Part shown: piece after piece, positions 17,338 through 25,735 of the stretch
Numbering within the stretch: position 1 is the first letter of the stretch
Layout: each line of letters opens with the position of its first letter
Position numbers and translations under genes: made by a program
The notes under the pieces: generated by a model
What the model was told of the DNA's origin: nothing
The model's database searches: none
The model's input: the letters and a program-made list of their open reading frames with translations, nothing else
Assembly: GCA_041650695.1 (NCBI GenBank)
Contig: JBAZKS010000008.1
Span: 6,080-70,079 of the forward strand
Length of the DNA: 64,000 nt
Source of the DNA: Elusimicrobiota bacterium
GTDB lineage: Bacteria; Elusimicrobiota; Elusimicrobia; UBA1565
Direction: 5' to 3'

Positions 17338-18756
17338 ATGAGCTTTGAGAAGCTGGCCGCGCCCACGAAAGCCCTTCTGTTCGATTTCGGCGGCACTCTG
17401 GATTCCGACGGTGCGGCGTGGATCGACCGCTTTATCCCCCTCTATATGGAAGGCGGGCTGTCCGCCGAACGGGAGACCCTCTGCCGGGCGTTCTACGACT
17501 CGGATGACAACCTTCCCCGGCGCTTCGCGCTCGCCGGACTCGGCCTGGAGGAAACGGTCCGCCTGCAGGTCGGGTGCGTGGCCAAGACCCTTTCCATGGA
17601 CGAACGGGCGGCCGACCGCGTGGCGGAGGCCTTCATCTCGGACTCCCGACGGCACCTCCGCCGCAACCGCCCCCTGCTCGAACGGCTGGCCGGGCGCTTC
17701 CGTCTTGGGATCGTCTCCAATTTCTACGGCAACCTCGATTCCGTGCTCGCCTCGGAGGGCTACTCCGAACTCTTCGCCGTAGTCTCGGACTCCGAGAAAG
17801 TAGGGGCCGCGAAGCCCGAGGCGCGCATCTTCCAGCACGCCCTCTCGCGCCTGGGGGCCCGGCCCGAAGAGACCTGGATGGTCGGAGACTCCGTCAAACG
17901 CGACATGCGGGGAGCCGAGGCCCTCGGCATGCCCCACGCCTGGGTGGCTGGAACGCGCCCCGAGACGGACCGCTGCTGCGCGGATGCCCCGGTGCTCCGT
18001 TCACTGATGGATATCGAGCCCCTGCTTTTAGGGAAGACGTGGGTCACGTGTGCCGGCATCATCGCCGCCGGGGAAGGCTCGCGCCTGCGCTCCTCGCATC
18101 CTAGTCTGCCGAAGCCGCTGGTGCCGGTGCGGGGCAAGCCCCTCGCGCACTGGGTGGCCCAAGGCCTGGCTTCGGCGGGAATCCGCTCCTGCACGATGAT
18201 ACTGAACAGTTCGGGACAGGCCGTGCGCGAATCCCTCTCCGGGGCTTTCCCCGATATCGCTTGGGATTTCATCGTCCGGGATACCGGCTCGTCCTGGGAG
18301 AGTTTCCGCATCGTGGCCCAGGCTCTGGCCGCGCGCAGCGAGGCGTTCCTGATGAGCACCGTGGACGCTCTCGTCCCCCCCGAGGACATCGCGCGCTTCA
18401 GCCGGGAGGCATTCCTTCTTATAGGAAGGGATCGCCCTTGCGCGGCCCTGGGCTTGACCGGCTTCGTGGACGACGAGAAGCCCCTTTGGGCGGACATGGA
18501 TCCGGCCGGCCGGATCACCGCCCTGGGACCCATGGCTCGCCGAAAGGAGACCGTGACCTCCGGGCTCTACGCATTGACGAGGGAGGCGGCGCTCTCCATG
18601 CCGCCGGTCTCGGCCCACTCCAAGCTGCGCGAATACTGGACGGCGCTGGTCCGGAACGGACGGCCGGTCCGCGGCGTCCTCCTTTCCAAAACCGTCGACG
18701 TGGACCGGCCGGAGGATGTGGCCGTCGCCGAAAAACAGACCCGCTCCTGGAGATGA
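17338..18756 (+). CDS. Fusion protein: N-terminal HAD-like hydrolase plus C-terminal MobA-like nucleotidyltransferase (inositol-1-phosphate cytidylyltransferase-like)
   Basis: HAD motif I LLFDFGGTL and motif III/IV MVGDSVKRDMRGAEALG are in residues 1-225. Residues ~232-472 carry the NTase glycine loop CAGIIAAGEGSRLRSSHPSLPKPLVPV. Confidence 0.7.
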   Translation: MSFEKLAAPTKALLFDFGGTLDSDGAAWIDRFIPLYMEGGLSAERETLCRAFYDSDDNLPRRFALAGLGLEETVRLQVGCVAKTLSMDERAADRVAEAFISDSRRHLRRNRPLLERLAGRFRLGIVSNFYGNLDSVLASEGYSELFAVVSDSEKVGAAKPEARIFQHALSRLGARPEETWMVGDSVKRDMRGAEALGMPHAWVAGTRPETDRCCADAPVLRSLMDIEPLLLGKTWVTCAGIIAAGEGSRLRSSHPSLPKPLVPVRGKPLAHWVAQGLASAGIRSCTMILNSSGQAVRESLSGAFPDIAWDFIVRDTGSSWESFRIVAQALAARSEAFLMSTVDALVPPEDIARFSREAFLLIGRDRPCAALGLTGFVDDEKPLWADMDPAGRITALGPMARRKETVTSGLYALTREAALSMPPVSAHSKLREYWTALVRNGRPVRGVLLSKTVDVDRPEDVAVAEKQTRSWR

Positions 18757-18757
18757 T

Positions 18758-19606
18758 ATGGCTCGATGCCTTGGCGTCTTCCGTGAAGTCACGAACTCCC
18801 CGAACCGCGAGACGGACGACGCCCTGATCCTGAAGGCGGTCCTGGAGCGCCTGGGATCTTTGGGGGTCGAGACGCAGGCCGTCAATCCCGAGGAGCTCGA
18901 CTCCATGGACCTGGCCGGGTGGGACCTGATCCTGCCCATGTGCGAAGCCTATCCGCGCATCAAGCGTCTGGAGTCCCTCTCCCGGTCCACGGACGCCCTC
19001 TGGGTCAACCCTCCGTCGAGCGTCCTGAGCTGCTATCGGATACAAATGCTCGACGCCTTCCGCTCGGCTAAAGAGATCCGCTTCCCGCCGACCGAGGTCC
19101 GCAAGGTGGACGAGGGGCCGGGCGACCCGCCCGTCCCATCGGACGGCGGGTGGTGGATCAAGCGCGGGGACGTGCACAACACCTGCGACCACGACGTCGT
19201 GCGCGCGCGCCGCTGGACCGACGTCGCCGGCATCCTGCAGGATTTCGCCAAGCGCGAGATCATGCATTGGCTCGTCCAGCCCCATGTCGAGGGGGACCTC
19301 GTCAAGTTCTACGGCGTGGGCCCGGAGCATTGGTTCACCTGGTTCTATCACGACCCGGTCCGCGCGAAACGCCTTCCCTTCGACGTGGATGTCCTCGCGG
19401 GACAGGCCGCCGCGGGAGCCCGGAGATTGGCCCTCGAGGTGTTCGGCGGCGACGCGATCATCGGGCCCGACCGCGTCGTCACCCTGCTCGACGTAAACTC
19501 CTGGCCCAGTTTTGCCCTGGTCCGCGGCGAAGCCGCGGTCCAGATATCCTGGCACCTGCAAAGAAGGGTGAAAACCCTTCGCGGGGCCGCTCTCCGGAGA
19601 TCCTAA
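18758..19606 (+). CDS. ATP-grasp fold protein (possible ligase/kinase; family uncertain)
   Basis: WWIKRGDVHNTCDHDVVRA (nucleotide-binding strand), LVQPHVEGDLVKFYGVG and C-terminal GGDAIIGPDRVVTLLDVNSWPSF match the ATP-grasp topology. The start is MARCLGV at 18758, 2 nt after the upstream stop. Confidence 0.45.
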   Translation: MARCLGVFREVTNSPNRETDDALILKAVLERLGSLGVETQAVNPEELDSMDLAGWDLILPMCEAYPRIKRLESLSRSTDALWVNPPSSVLSCYRIQMLDAFRSAKEIRFPPTEVRKVDEGPGDPPVPSDGGWWIKRGDVHNTCDHDVVRARRWTDVAGILQDFAKREIMHWLVQPHVEGDLVKFYGVGPEHWFTWFYHDPVRAKRLPFDVDVLAGQAAAGARRLALEVFGGDAIIGPDRVVTLLDVNSWPSFALVRGEAAVQISWHLQRRVKTLRGAALRRS

Positions 19607-20955
19607 TGAAAAACACGCTGCAGAAGACCACTGAACCCTACACCGCCGGCCCGAAGTCCCTGGAGCTATTCGAGGAAGAGCAGCGCCACATGACGCCGGG
19701 GCTCCAGCAGATCGCGACCTTCTCCAAGATCGTCCTGGAGCGCGGGCGCGGCGCCAAATTCTGGGACGTCGATGGACGCGAATACATCGATTTCGTCGCC
19801 GGGGTCTGCGTGGCGGCCATCGGGCACGGGCATCCGGAGTACGCGCGCGCCATCTCGGAGCAGGTCTCGAAGATCTCGGTCGGCAGCTTCACGACCCGCA
19901 ACCGGGTGGAGTTCGCCAAGGCCCTGGGCGAGGTCACCCCGAAGGGGGTCGACCGGCTCCAGCTCTACTCCAGCGGCGCCGAAGCCGTCGAGGCCGCGCT
20001 GCGCCTGGCCAAGAGCCACACGAAGAAATACGAGTTCATCGCCTTCTGGGGCGGCTTCCACGGCAAGACCATGGGCGTTCTGGGCATGCTGGGCGACACC
20101 TTCAAGAAGGACCTGGGACCCCTCACGCCCGGCACCTACCTCGCGCCCTTCCCCAACCCCTACCGCTGCCCCTTCGGCACGAAGGGGGAGCACGACTGCG
20201 CGAGCCACTGCCTGGATTTCCTCCGGACCATGATCCAGCGCTCCACGACCGGCGCCCTGGCCGGCATCCTCGTCGAGCCGGTGCAGGGGACGGCCGGGAA
20301 CGTCATCCCGGCGCCGGGCTTCCTGGCGGGCTTGCGGGACATCGCCCACGAGCACGGAGCCCTGCTCATCGCGGACGAGATGATCACCGGCTTCGGCCGC
20401 ACGGGCCGGTGGTTCGGCTGCAACCACGATGACGTGATCCCGGACATCATGACTCTCGGCAAGGGCCTGGGCGGCGGCTTCCCGGTGGCGGGGCTCGTGG
20501 CCCCCGCGCACATCGCCTCGGCCAAGCCCTTCGCGAACCCCTCCGGCTCCTCCTCGAGCTACGGAGGCAACCCCCTGGCCTCGGCCGCCTGCAACGCCTC
20601 GCTCAAGATCCTCAAGAACGAGAAGCTCGTGCAGAACAGCCGCGACCTCGGCGCCCATATGCTCGAGCGCCTGTCGAAGCTCAAGGACCGGTTCCCGTTC
20701 GTGGGAGACGTCCGCGGACGGGGCCTCATGATCGGCGTGGAGCTGGTCAAAGACCGCGCCACGAAAGAGCCCATGCCCCGCGAGCACTGCCGCGTCCTCT
20801 TCGACGAGGCCCTGCGCCGGGGGCTCATCACGATGGCCTATTCGCCGGTCATCCGCATCAACCCCCCGCTGAACATCACGCGCGAGGAGGCCGACCGCGG
20901 GATGGACATCCTCGAGGAGAGCCTCGCCGCGGCGCAGGAACGCTGGAAGCTCTGA
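19606..20955 (+). CDS. Class-III (fold type I) PLP-dependent aminotransferase
   Basis: 449 aa. It carries class-III hallmarks: ...FVAGVCVAAIGHGHPEY..., LIADEMITGFGRTGRWFG..., TLGKGLGGGFPV (Schiff-base Lys region). The start MKNTLQK overlaps the previous stop (TAATG). Confidence 0.85.
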   Translation: MKNTLQKTTEPYTAGPKSLELFEEEQRHMTPGLQQIATFSKIVLERGRGAKFWDVDGREYIDFVAGVCVAAIGHGHPEYARAISEQVSKISVGSFTTRNRVEFAKALGEVTPKGVDRLQLYSSGAEAVEAALRLAKSHTKKYEFIAFWGGFHGKTMGVLGMLGDTFKKDLGPLTPGTYLAPFPNPYRCPFGTKGEHDCASHCLDFLRTMIQRSTTGALAGILVEPVQGTAGNVIPAPGFLAGLRDIAHEHGALLIADEMITGFGRTGRWFGCNHDDVIPDIMTLGKGLGGGFPVAGLVAPAHIASAKPFANPSGSSSSYGGNPLASAACNASLKILKNEKLVQNSRDLGAHMLERLSKLKDRFPFVGDVRGRGLMIGVELVKDRATKEPMPREHCRVLFDEALRRGLITMAYSPVIRINPPLNITREEADRGMDILEESLAAAQERWKL

Positions 20956-21971
20956 TGCCCAAAGGCGCGATCATCGGATTCGGAGAGGTCTGCGAGCGGG
21001 CCCACATCCCGGCTCTCAAGGCGGACCGCGACTATGAGATCGTCGCGGTCTGCGACAGCTGCATCGAGCGGCGCAGCTTGGCCGCCCGCCTCCTGCCGGC
21101 GGCCAAGCTCTTCCCGAGCGCGGAGGCGATGACCTCGCATTTCTCGAAACTCAGCTCGGTCATCGACTTCGTGGACATCGCCGCGCCGCCCCACCTGCAC
21201 GCCGAAAGCTCTCTGCTCGCGCTCAAGCACGGCCTTCATGTCCTGTGCGAAAAGCCCCTCACTCTGAGCCTGAAGGAATTCGAGACGATCCGCCGCGAGG
21301 CGTCCCGGCGGCGCCGAGTGGTTTTCCCCGTGCACAACTGGAAGCACGCGCCCCTGCTCGCCAAGCTGCGCGAGCTGCTCCGGGAGCGCGCCGTGGGCGG
21401 CGTCACCCACATCGAGTGGCACGTCCTGCGCAGTCAGCCCTCGGTCACGGCCCACGCCAAGGCGAACTGGCGCACGGACCGCAGGCTCTCCGGCGGCGGC
21501 ATACTCATGGACCACGGCTGGCACGCCCTCTACCTGCTCCAGTGGCTGGTCGGCAAGAAGCCGTTGTCGGCCCACGGGGTGCTCAAGTGCTCCGGCGATA
21601 CGGACCGGGAGGCCACCTGCCTGATCGAGTTCCCCGGGTCCACCGCCCTGATGCACCTCACCTGGAACGCCCCCGGCCGCGGGCATTGGGGGGTGGTCTA
21701 CGGGAACGAAGGCCGCGTCGAGCTGCAGGACGACCGTCTGCTGGTGTACCACAGGGCCTCCGTCCCGCACACGTACTCCTTCCAGCAGCCGCTCTCGCAC
21801 GGCTCGGCCCATCCGGAGTGGTTCCGCGGGACGCTCCTGGACTTCAAGGCGGCCCTTGCGGATCCCGCCGCGGCGACGGCGGCTCTCGACGAAGCGGGAC
21901 GCTGCATCGCCCTTATCGAAGGCCTCTACGGCCGAAGCGCAGCCTTGCGGGAGGAAGCCGCCCTACCGTGA
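20955..21971 (+). CDS. Gfo/Idh/MocA-family NAD(P)-dependent oxidoreductase (inositol/sugar dehydrogenase-like)
   Basis: Rossmann N-terminus MPKGAIIGFGEVCERAHIPAL, the EKP motif LCEKPLTL, and a C-terminal alpha/beta domain. TGATG overlap with the aminotransferase. Confidence 0.8.
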   Translation: MPKGAIIGFGEVCERAHIPALKADRDYEIVAVCDSCIERRSLAARLLPAAKLFPSAEAMTSHFSKLSSVIDFVDIAAPPHLHAESSLLALKHGLHVLCEKPLTLSLKEFETIRREASRRRRVVFPVHNWKHAPLLAKLRELLRERAVGGVTHIEWHVLRSQPSVTAHAKANWRTDRRLSGGGILMDHGWHALYLLQWLVGKKPLSAHGVLKCSGDTDREATCLIEFPGSTALMHLTWNAPGRGHWGVVYGNEGRVELQDDRLLVYHRASVPHTYSFQQPLSHGSAHPEWFRGTLLDFKAALADPAAATAALDEAGRCIALIEGLYGRSAALREEAALP

Positions 21972-23719
21972 CCCGACGCCTGAGCGCCATCGTCGCCTTC
22001 GACAGCCCGGACCTCGAAGAGCTCCGCCGCCGGGACGAGCGCGCGGCCCTGGCGTCCCTGCGGCGCCGCGACGAAGTCCTGCTCGCCGGGGTGACCGGTC
22101 ACGGGGGCTCGGTCCGGCACTCCATCGGAGACGTCTCGTTCGCGTCCTTCGAGAGCGCCGTCAGCGCGGTCGAGTGCGCGCTCTGGGTCCAGCAGCGCCT
22201 GGGGGATGAAGCCCTTCCGCTGCGGGCCTGCGTCCAGATCGGGGACCTGCTCGCCAACGACCAGACGGGCTTCTCAGCCGCCTCCCGGCTCCTTCACCTC
22301 GTTCCGACCGGGAAGTCCTGCGTCACCCGCGAGGTCCGGTCCGTCGTCGAGGGCAAGGTCCGCTGCGGCTTCAGGGACCTGGGCTCGAGCCTCCTCGAGC
22401 TTTCGGAGCCGGATGACGGAGCGCCCGCGCGCGTCGGACATGGGCCCATCCGGCTGGTCGTCCCGCCGGAGCCGCCGAAACAGAAACAACCGCCGGAAGA
22501 GCCGAAAAAGGAAGAACCGCCCAGGAAACAGATGCCCCCGCCTCCCGCGGCGGCCGGGCCGCTGCAAGCCATCCTCTGGGTGGACCATCCGAACCTGATG
22601 CTCGAGCGGGTGGGCGGGATCCCGATCATCGAGCGGCAGATCATCACCCTCTCCAAGGTCGGGTTCCGCCGGATCTGGGTCTCCACGGTCAAGCCCAAGG
22701 GGAAGGGCATCGAACAGCTGCGCATCCCCGCCGGGATCGAGCTCCACTGGGTGGAGCCGACCGGCGGCGATGACGAGGTCCGCAGCCGCATCCCCGCGTG
22801 CCAGCCGCCCTACATCACCGTTTCCGCGGATTATTTCTTCCGCCCCCGGGTCCTGGGCCAGATCCTCTCCAAGAAGCACGAGGCCCCCACCGCCTACCAG
22901 GACATCTCCGGCAAGGGCGTGATCCAGGTCGTTCCGTACCGCCAGCAAGTGGTCCAACGCCACGCCAAGCTGCCCCTCCCGGACGAGGACTATGTCCTTC
23001 TGAAGACGGATGCCGCCCGGGGACCGGCGGTGCCCTGGCTCCTGCGCGACATGGTCAAGCCCCAGGACAGCTTCATGGCCAGACATTTCGACCGGCGCAT
23101 CTCCATGGCCGTGACGCGCCGCCTCGCCGAGACCTGGGTCAGCCCGAATCACATGACGGTCTTCAGCACGGCCATCGGGCTGGCGGGGGCCTCCCTGTTC
23201 GCTTCCGGGACATACCTCCATACCGTGGCCGCGGCGCTCATCGTCTGGCTCCACACGGTCCTGGACGGCTGCGACGGGGAGCTCGCGCGCCTGCGCTTCC
23301 AATCGAGCCGCTTGGGCGGCATCCTCGACTTCTGGGGAGACAATCTGGTCCATGCCGTCCTATTCGTCTCCATGGGCGTGGGTCTCGGGCGCCCGGTCTT
23401 CATCCTCCTGGGGCTGGTGGCCGCGGCCAGCGCTTTGGCCTGCGCCGCGCTCATCTACGCGCATTCCGCGCAGCGAGCCGAACGAGAGAAGGAGGGCCCC
23501 CTGTTCCGAGGGCTCGAGGACCTGGGAAAATCCTGGGCCGCGAAGATCGAGCACATCCTGTCCCAAAGGGACTTCATCTATCTGCTCGTCCTCCTGGCCT
23601 TGACCGGGCGGACCGACGTCTTCCTCTGGGCCGCGGGCATCGGGACTCCCCTTTTCCTCATTGTTTTTCTGCTGTTGCGTCCAAAAAGCTACAATGTCGA
23701 ATCTACCGGAGGAACCTGA
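21968..23719 (+). CDS. Tri-domain protein: nucleotidyl-cyclase-like N-domain, degenerate NTP-transferase-like middle domain, C-terminal CDP-alcohol phosphatidyltransferase
   Basis: GTG start overlaps the upstream stop (GTGA). The N-terminal ~115 aa (AIVAFDSPD...GGSVRHSIGDVSFASFESAVSAVECALWVQQ) resemble the class-III cyclase fold, followed by a Pro/Lys-rich linker. The middle domain ILWVDHPNLMLERVGGIPIIERQIITL is NTase-like but lacks the GxGxR loop. The C-terminus has the exact CDP-OH_P_transf motif DGCDGELARLRFQSSRLGGILDFWGDNLVH (DGx2ARx8Gx3Dx3D) and 4-6 TM helices. Confidence 0.7.
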   Translation: MTRRLSAIVAFDSPDLEELRRRDERAALASLRRRDEVLLAGVTGHGGSVRHSIGDVSFASFESAVSAVECALWVQQRLGDEALPLRACVQIGDLLANDQTGFSAASRLLHLVPTGKSCVTREVRSVVEGKVRCGFRDLGSSLLELSEPDDGAPARVGHGPIRLVVPPEPPKQKQPPEEPKKEEPPRKQMPPPPAAAGPLQAILWVDHPNLMLERVGGIPIIERQIITLSKVGFRRIWVSTVKPKGKGIEQLRIPAGIELHWVEPTGGDDEVRSRIPACQPPYITVSADYFFRPRVLGQILSKKHEAPTAYQDISGKGVIQVVPYRQQVVQRHAKLPLPDEDYVLLKTDAARGPAVPWLLRDMVKPQDSFMARHFDRRISMAVTRRLAETWVSPNHMTVFSTAIGLAGASLFASGTYLHTVAAALIVWLHTVLDGCDGELARLRFQSSRLGGILDFWGDNLVHAVLFVSMGVGLGRPVFILLGLVAAASALACAALIYAHSAQRAEREKEGPLFRGLEDLGKSWAAKIEHILSQRDFIYLLVLLALTGRTDVFLWAAGIGTPLFLIVFLLLRPKSYNVESTGGT

Positions 23720-23721
23720 AT

Positions 23722-25116
23722 ATGAGCCCTCGCCCGTTCAAAATCGAACCCTGCCGCGGAAAACTCGGCGTCCTGCTCCCCGGCATGGGCGCCATAACCA
23801 GCACCGTCATCGCGGGCATCGAGCTCCATAAGAAGGGCCTCGGCCACCTCGCGGGCTCCGTGACGCAGCTGCAGCGCATCCGCCTGGGCAAGCGCTACGA
23901 GAACCGCCGTCCCCTCATACGGGAGTTCGTGCCCCTGCAGAAGGTCGAGGACCTGGTCTTCGGCGGCTGGGACATCTTCCCGGACGACGTGTACCGCGCC
24001 GCGCTCAAGGCGGGCGTACTGCCCGAGGAGCGTCTCCGGCCGGTGGCTCAGACCCTTTCCTCCATCCGCCCCATGCCCGGGGTCTTTGACCAGGGCTACG
24101 TGAAGAACCTCCAAGGCACGCACGTAAAGACGGGCAAGAGCAAGATGCACATGGCCGAGCAGCTCATGCGCGACATCGAGACGTTCAAGAAAGAGAACGG
24201 CCTCTCGCGCGTGGTCATGGTCTGGTGCGGCTCCACCGAGATCCTCCCCGAGCGCTCCAGGGTCCACGAGGACCTCGCATCGCTCGAGCGGGGCCTCAAG
24301 GAGAGCGACCCGGCCATCCCGCCCTCCATGATTTACGCCTATGCCGCGGTCAAAATGGGCCTCCCATACGCGAACGGGGCCCCGAACCTGTCGGGCGACG
24401 TCCCGGCCATGCTCGAACTCGCGAACGCGACCGGCTCCCCGATCATCGGCAAGGACTTCAAGACCGGCCAGACCCTGATGAAGACCATCATCTCCCCCGG
24501 GCTGCACTCGCGCATGCTGGGCTTGAACGGCTGGTACTCCACCAACATCCTCGGCAACCGGGACGGGGAAGTGCTCGCGGACCCGGGCTCCTTCAAGACC
24601 AAGGAGACGAGCAAGATGTCCGTTCTCGACACGATCCTGGAGCCGGAGCTGTATCCGGACCTCTACGGGAAAGTCGTCCATAAGGTGCGCATCGACTATT
24701 ACCCGCCGCGCGGCGACGCCAAGGAAGGGTGGGACAACATCGACATCTTCGGCTGGATGGACATGCCCATGCAGATCAAGATCAACTTCCTCTGCAGGGA
24801 CTCCATCCTCGCCGCCCCCATCGTGCTGGACCTCGCGCTCTTCATGGACCTGGCAAAGCGGTCTGGCATGCGGGGCATCCAGGAGTGGCTCTCGTTCTAC
24901 TTCAAATCCCCGCAGTGCCGCGAAGACCTCCTGCCCGAGCACAACCTGTTCATCCAGCACCTCAAGCTCAAGAACACCCTGCGCATCCTCATGGGCGAGG
25001 AGGTCCTGGACCACTCGGGCTTAGACTACTACGACCCCGAACGGGGAGTCCCGATACCGGCCCCCGCCGCGGCCTCGGAGAAGAAGAAGGCCCGCGCGAA
25101 AGCCGGAAGCCGGTAG
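23722..25116 (+). CDS. ino1: myo-Inositol-1-phosphate synthase (MIPS/Ino1, bacterial-archaeal type)
   Basis: 465 aa. The N-terminus GVLLPGMGAITSTVIAGI (Rossmann), VVMVWCGSTE, NGAPNLSGD and SPGLHSRMLGLNGWYSTNILGNRDG are conserved MIPS blocks. A GGAGGA SD lies 9 nt before the ATG. Confidence 0.85.
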   Translation: MSPRPFKIEPCRGKLGVLLPGMGAITSTVIAGIELHKKGLGHLAGSVTQLQRIRLGKRYENRRPLIREFVPLQKVEDLVFGGWDIFPDDVYRAALKAGVLPEERLRPVAQTLSSIRPMPGVFDQGYVKNLQGTHVKTGKSKMHMAEQLMRDIETFKKENGLSRVVMVWCGSTEILPERSRVHEDLASLERGLKESDPAIPPSMIYAYAAVKMGLPYANGAPNLSGDVPAMLELANATGSPIIGKDFKTGQTLMKTIISPGLHSRMLGLNGWYSTNILGNRDGEVLADPGSFKTKETSKMSVLDTILEPELYPDLYGKVVHKVRIDYYPPRGDAKEGWDNIDIFGWMDMPMQIKINFLCRDSILAAPIVLDLALFMDLAKRSGMRGIQEWLSFYFKSPQCREDLLPEHNLFIQHLKLKNTLRILMGEEVLDHSGLDYYDPERGVPIPAPAAASEKKKARAKAGSR

Positions 25117-25650
25117 ATGGCGCTGGACGACGACTTCAAAGCGGTCATCATCCGCGGCGAAGACCCGGGCGAGGAATCGCTGAGCGATAGCCTCATCCGG
25201 GAGGCGTTCGGCCGGGAGAACGAAGCCCGTCTGGTGGAAACCCTCCGCCAGAGCGCGGGATTCAACTCGAAGCTCTCGCTCGTGGCGCAGAACTGGATGG
25301 GGGTCATGGGCTACGCCCTCTTCAGCCCGGTCACGGTCCAGGCCCCGACGCCCGTCAAGGCGGCCATCCTGCATCCCGTGGCCGTGGGCCCAAAATACCG
25401 GAAGCTCGGAGCCGGAGAGCGCTTCGTGCGCCACGGCGCCCAGCGCTGCAGCGCCGTGGGGATCAACCTCATATTCACGATCTCCGCTCCCCGGTTCTTC
25501 GCGCGGCTCGGGTTCGTCCCGGCGCAAAACGCAGGCTTCATCCCAGACATCCCCCTGCCCAAGGACTCCTTCCTCGCCCTGGACCTGCTGGGCACGGCTA
25601 TCGGGAAGGTCCGTGGAAAAGTCGTTTTCCCGGAGCCTTTTAAAAAATAG
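25117..25650 (+). CDS. GNAT-family N-acetyltransferase
   Basis: 177 aa. The acetyl-CoA-binding block HPVAVGPKYRKLGAGERFVRHGAQRCSAVGINLIF fits the Q/RxxGxG/A motif. TAGATG overlap with the MIPS gene. Confidence 0.6.
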   Translation: MALDDDFKAVIIRGEDPGEESLSDSLIREAFGRENEARLVETLRQSAGFNSKLSLVAQNWMGVMGYALFSPVTVQAPTPVKAAILHPVAVGPKYRKLGAGERFVRHGAQRCSAVGINLIFTISAPRFFARLGFVPAQNAGFIPDIPLPKDSFLALDLLGTAIGKVRGKVVFPEPFKK

Positions 25651-25684
25651 ATATATATTCTATTCGCCCGCCCGCGAACCGACA

Positions 25685-25713
25685 TTGTCCGGGTCTCCCT
25701 GATTTTGTATACT
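25685..25713 (+). promoter_or_regulatory. Candidate sigma70-type promoter for bamA (TTGTCC - 17 nt - TATACT)
   Basis: A -35-like TTGTCC (25685-25690), an exact 17-nt spacer and a -10-like TATACT (25708-25713) lie about 22 nt upstream of the bamA GTG start. Confidence 0.3.
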
Positions 25714-25735
25714 GGCCAGACGTCTGATCTTTCTT

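Noticed and set aside
21245-21967. Long N-terminal extensions of ORFs 21245..23719, 19150..20955, 22798..25116, 30497..31711, 31390..32517, 33086..35527, 49100..51526 and 59808..60650
   Set aside because: In each case the recognisable protein begins at an internal ATG/GTG that abuts or overlaps the previous gene's stop. The extension overlaps the upstream gene in another frame and has no domain.
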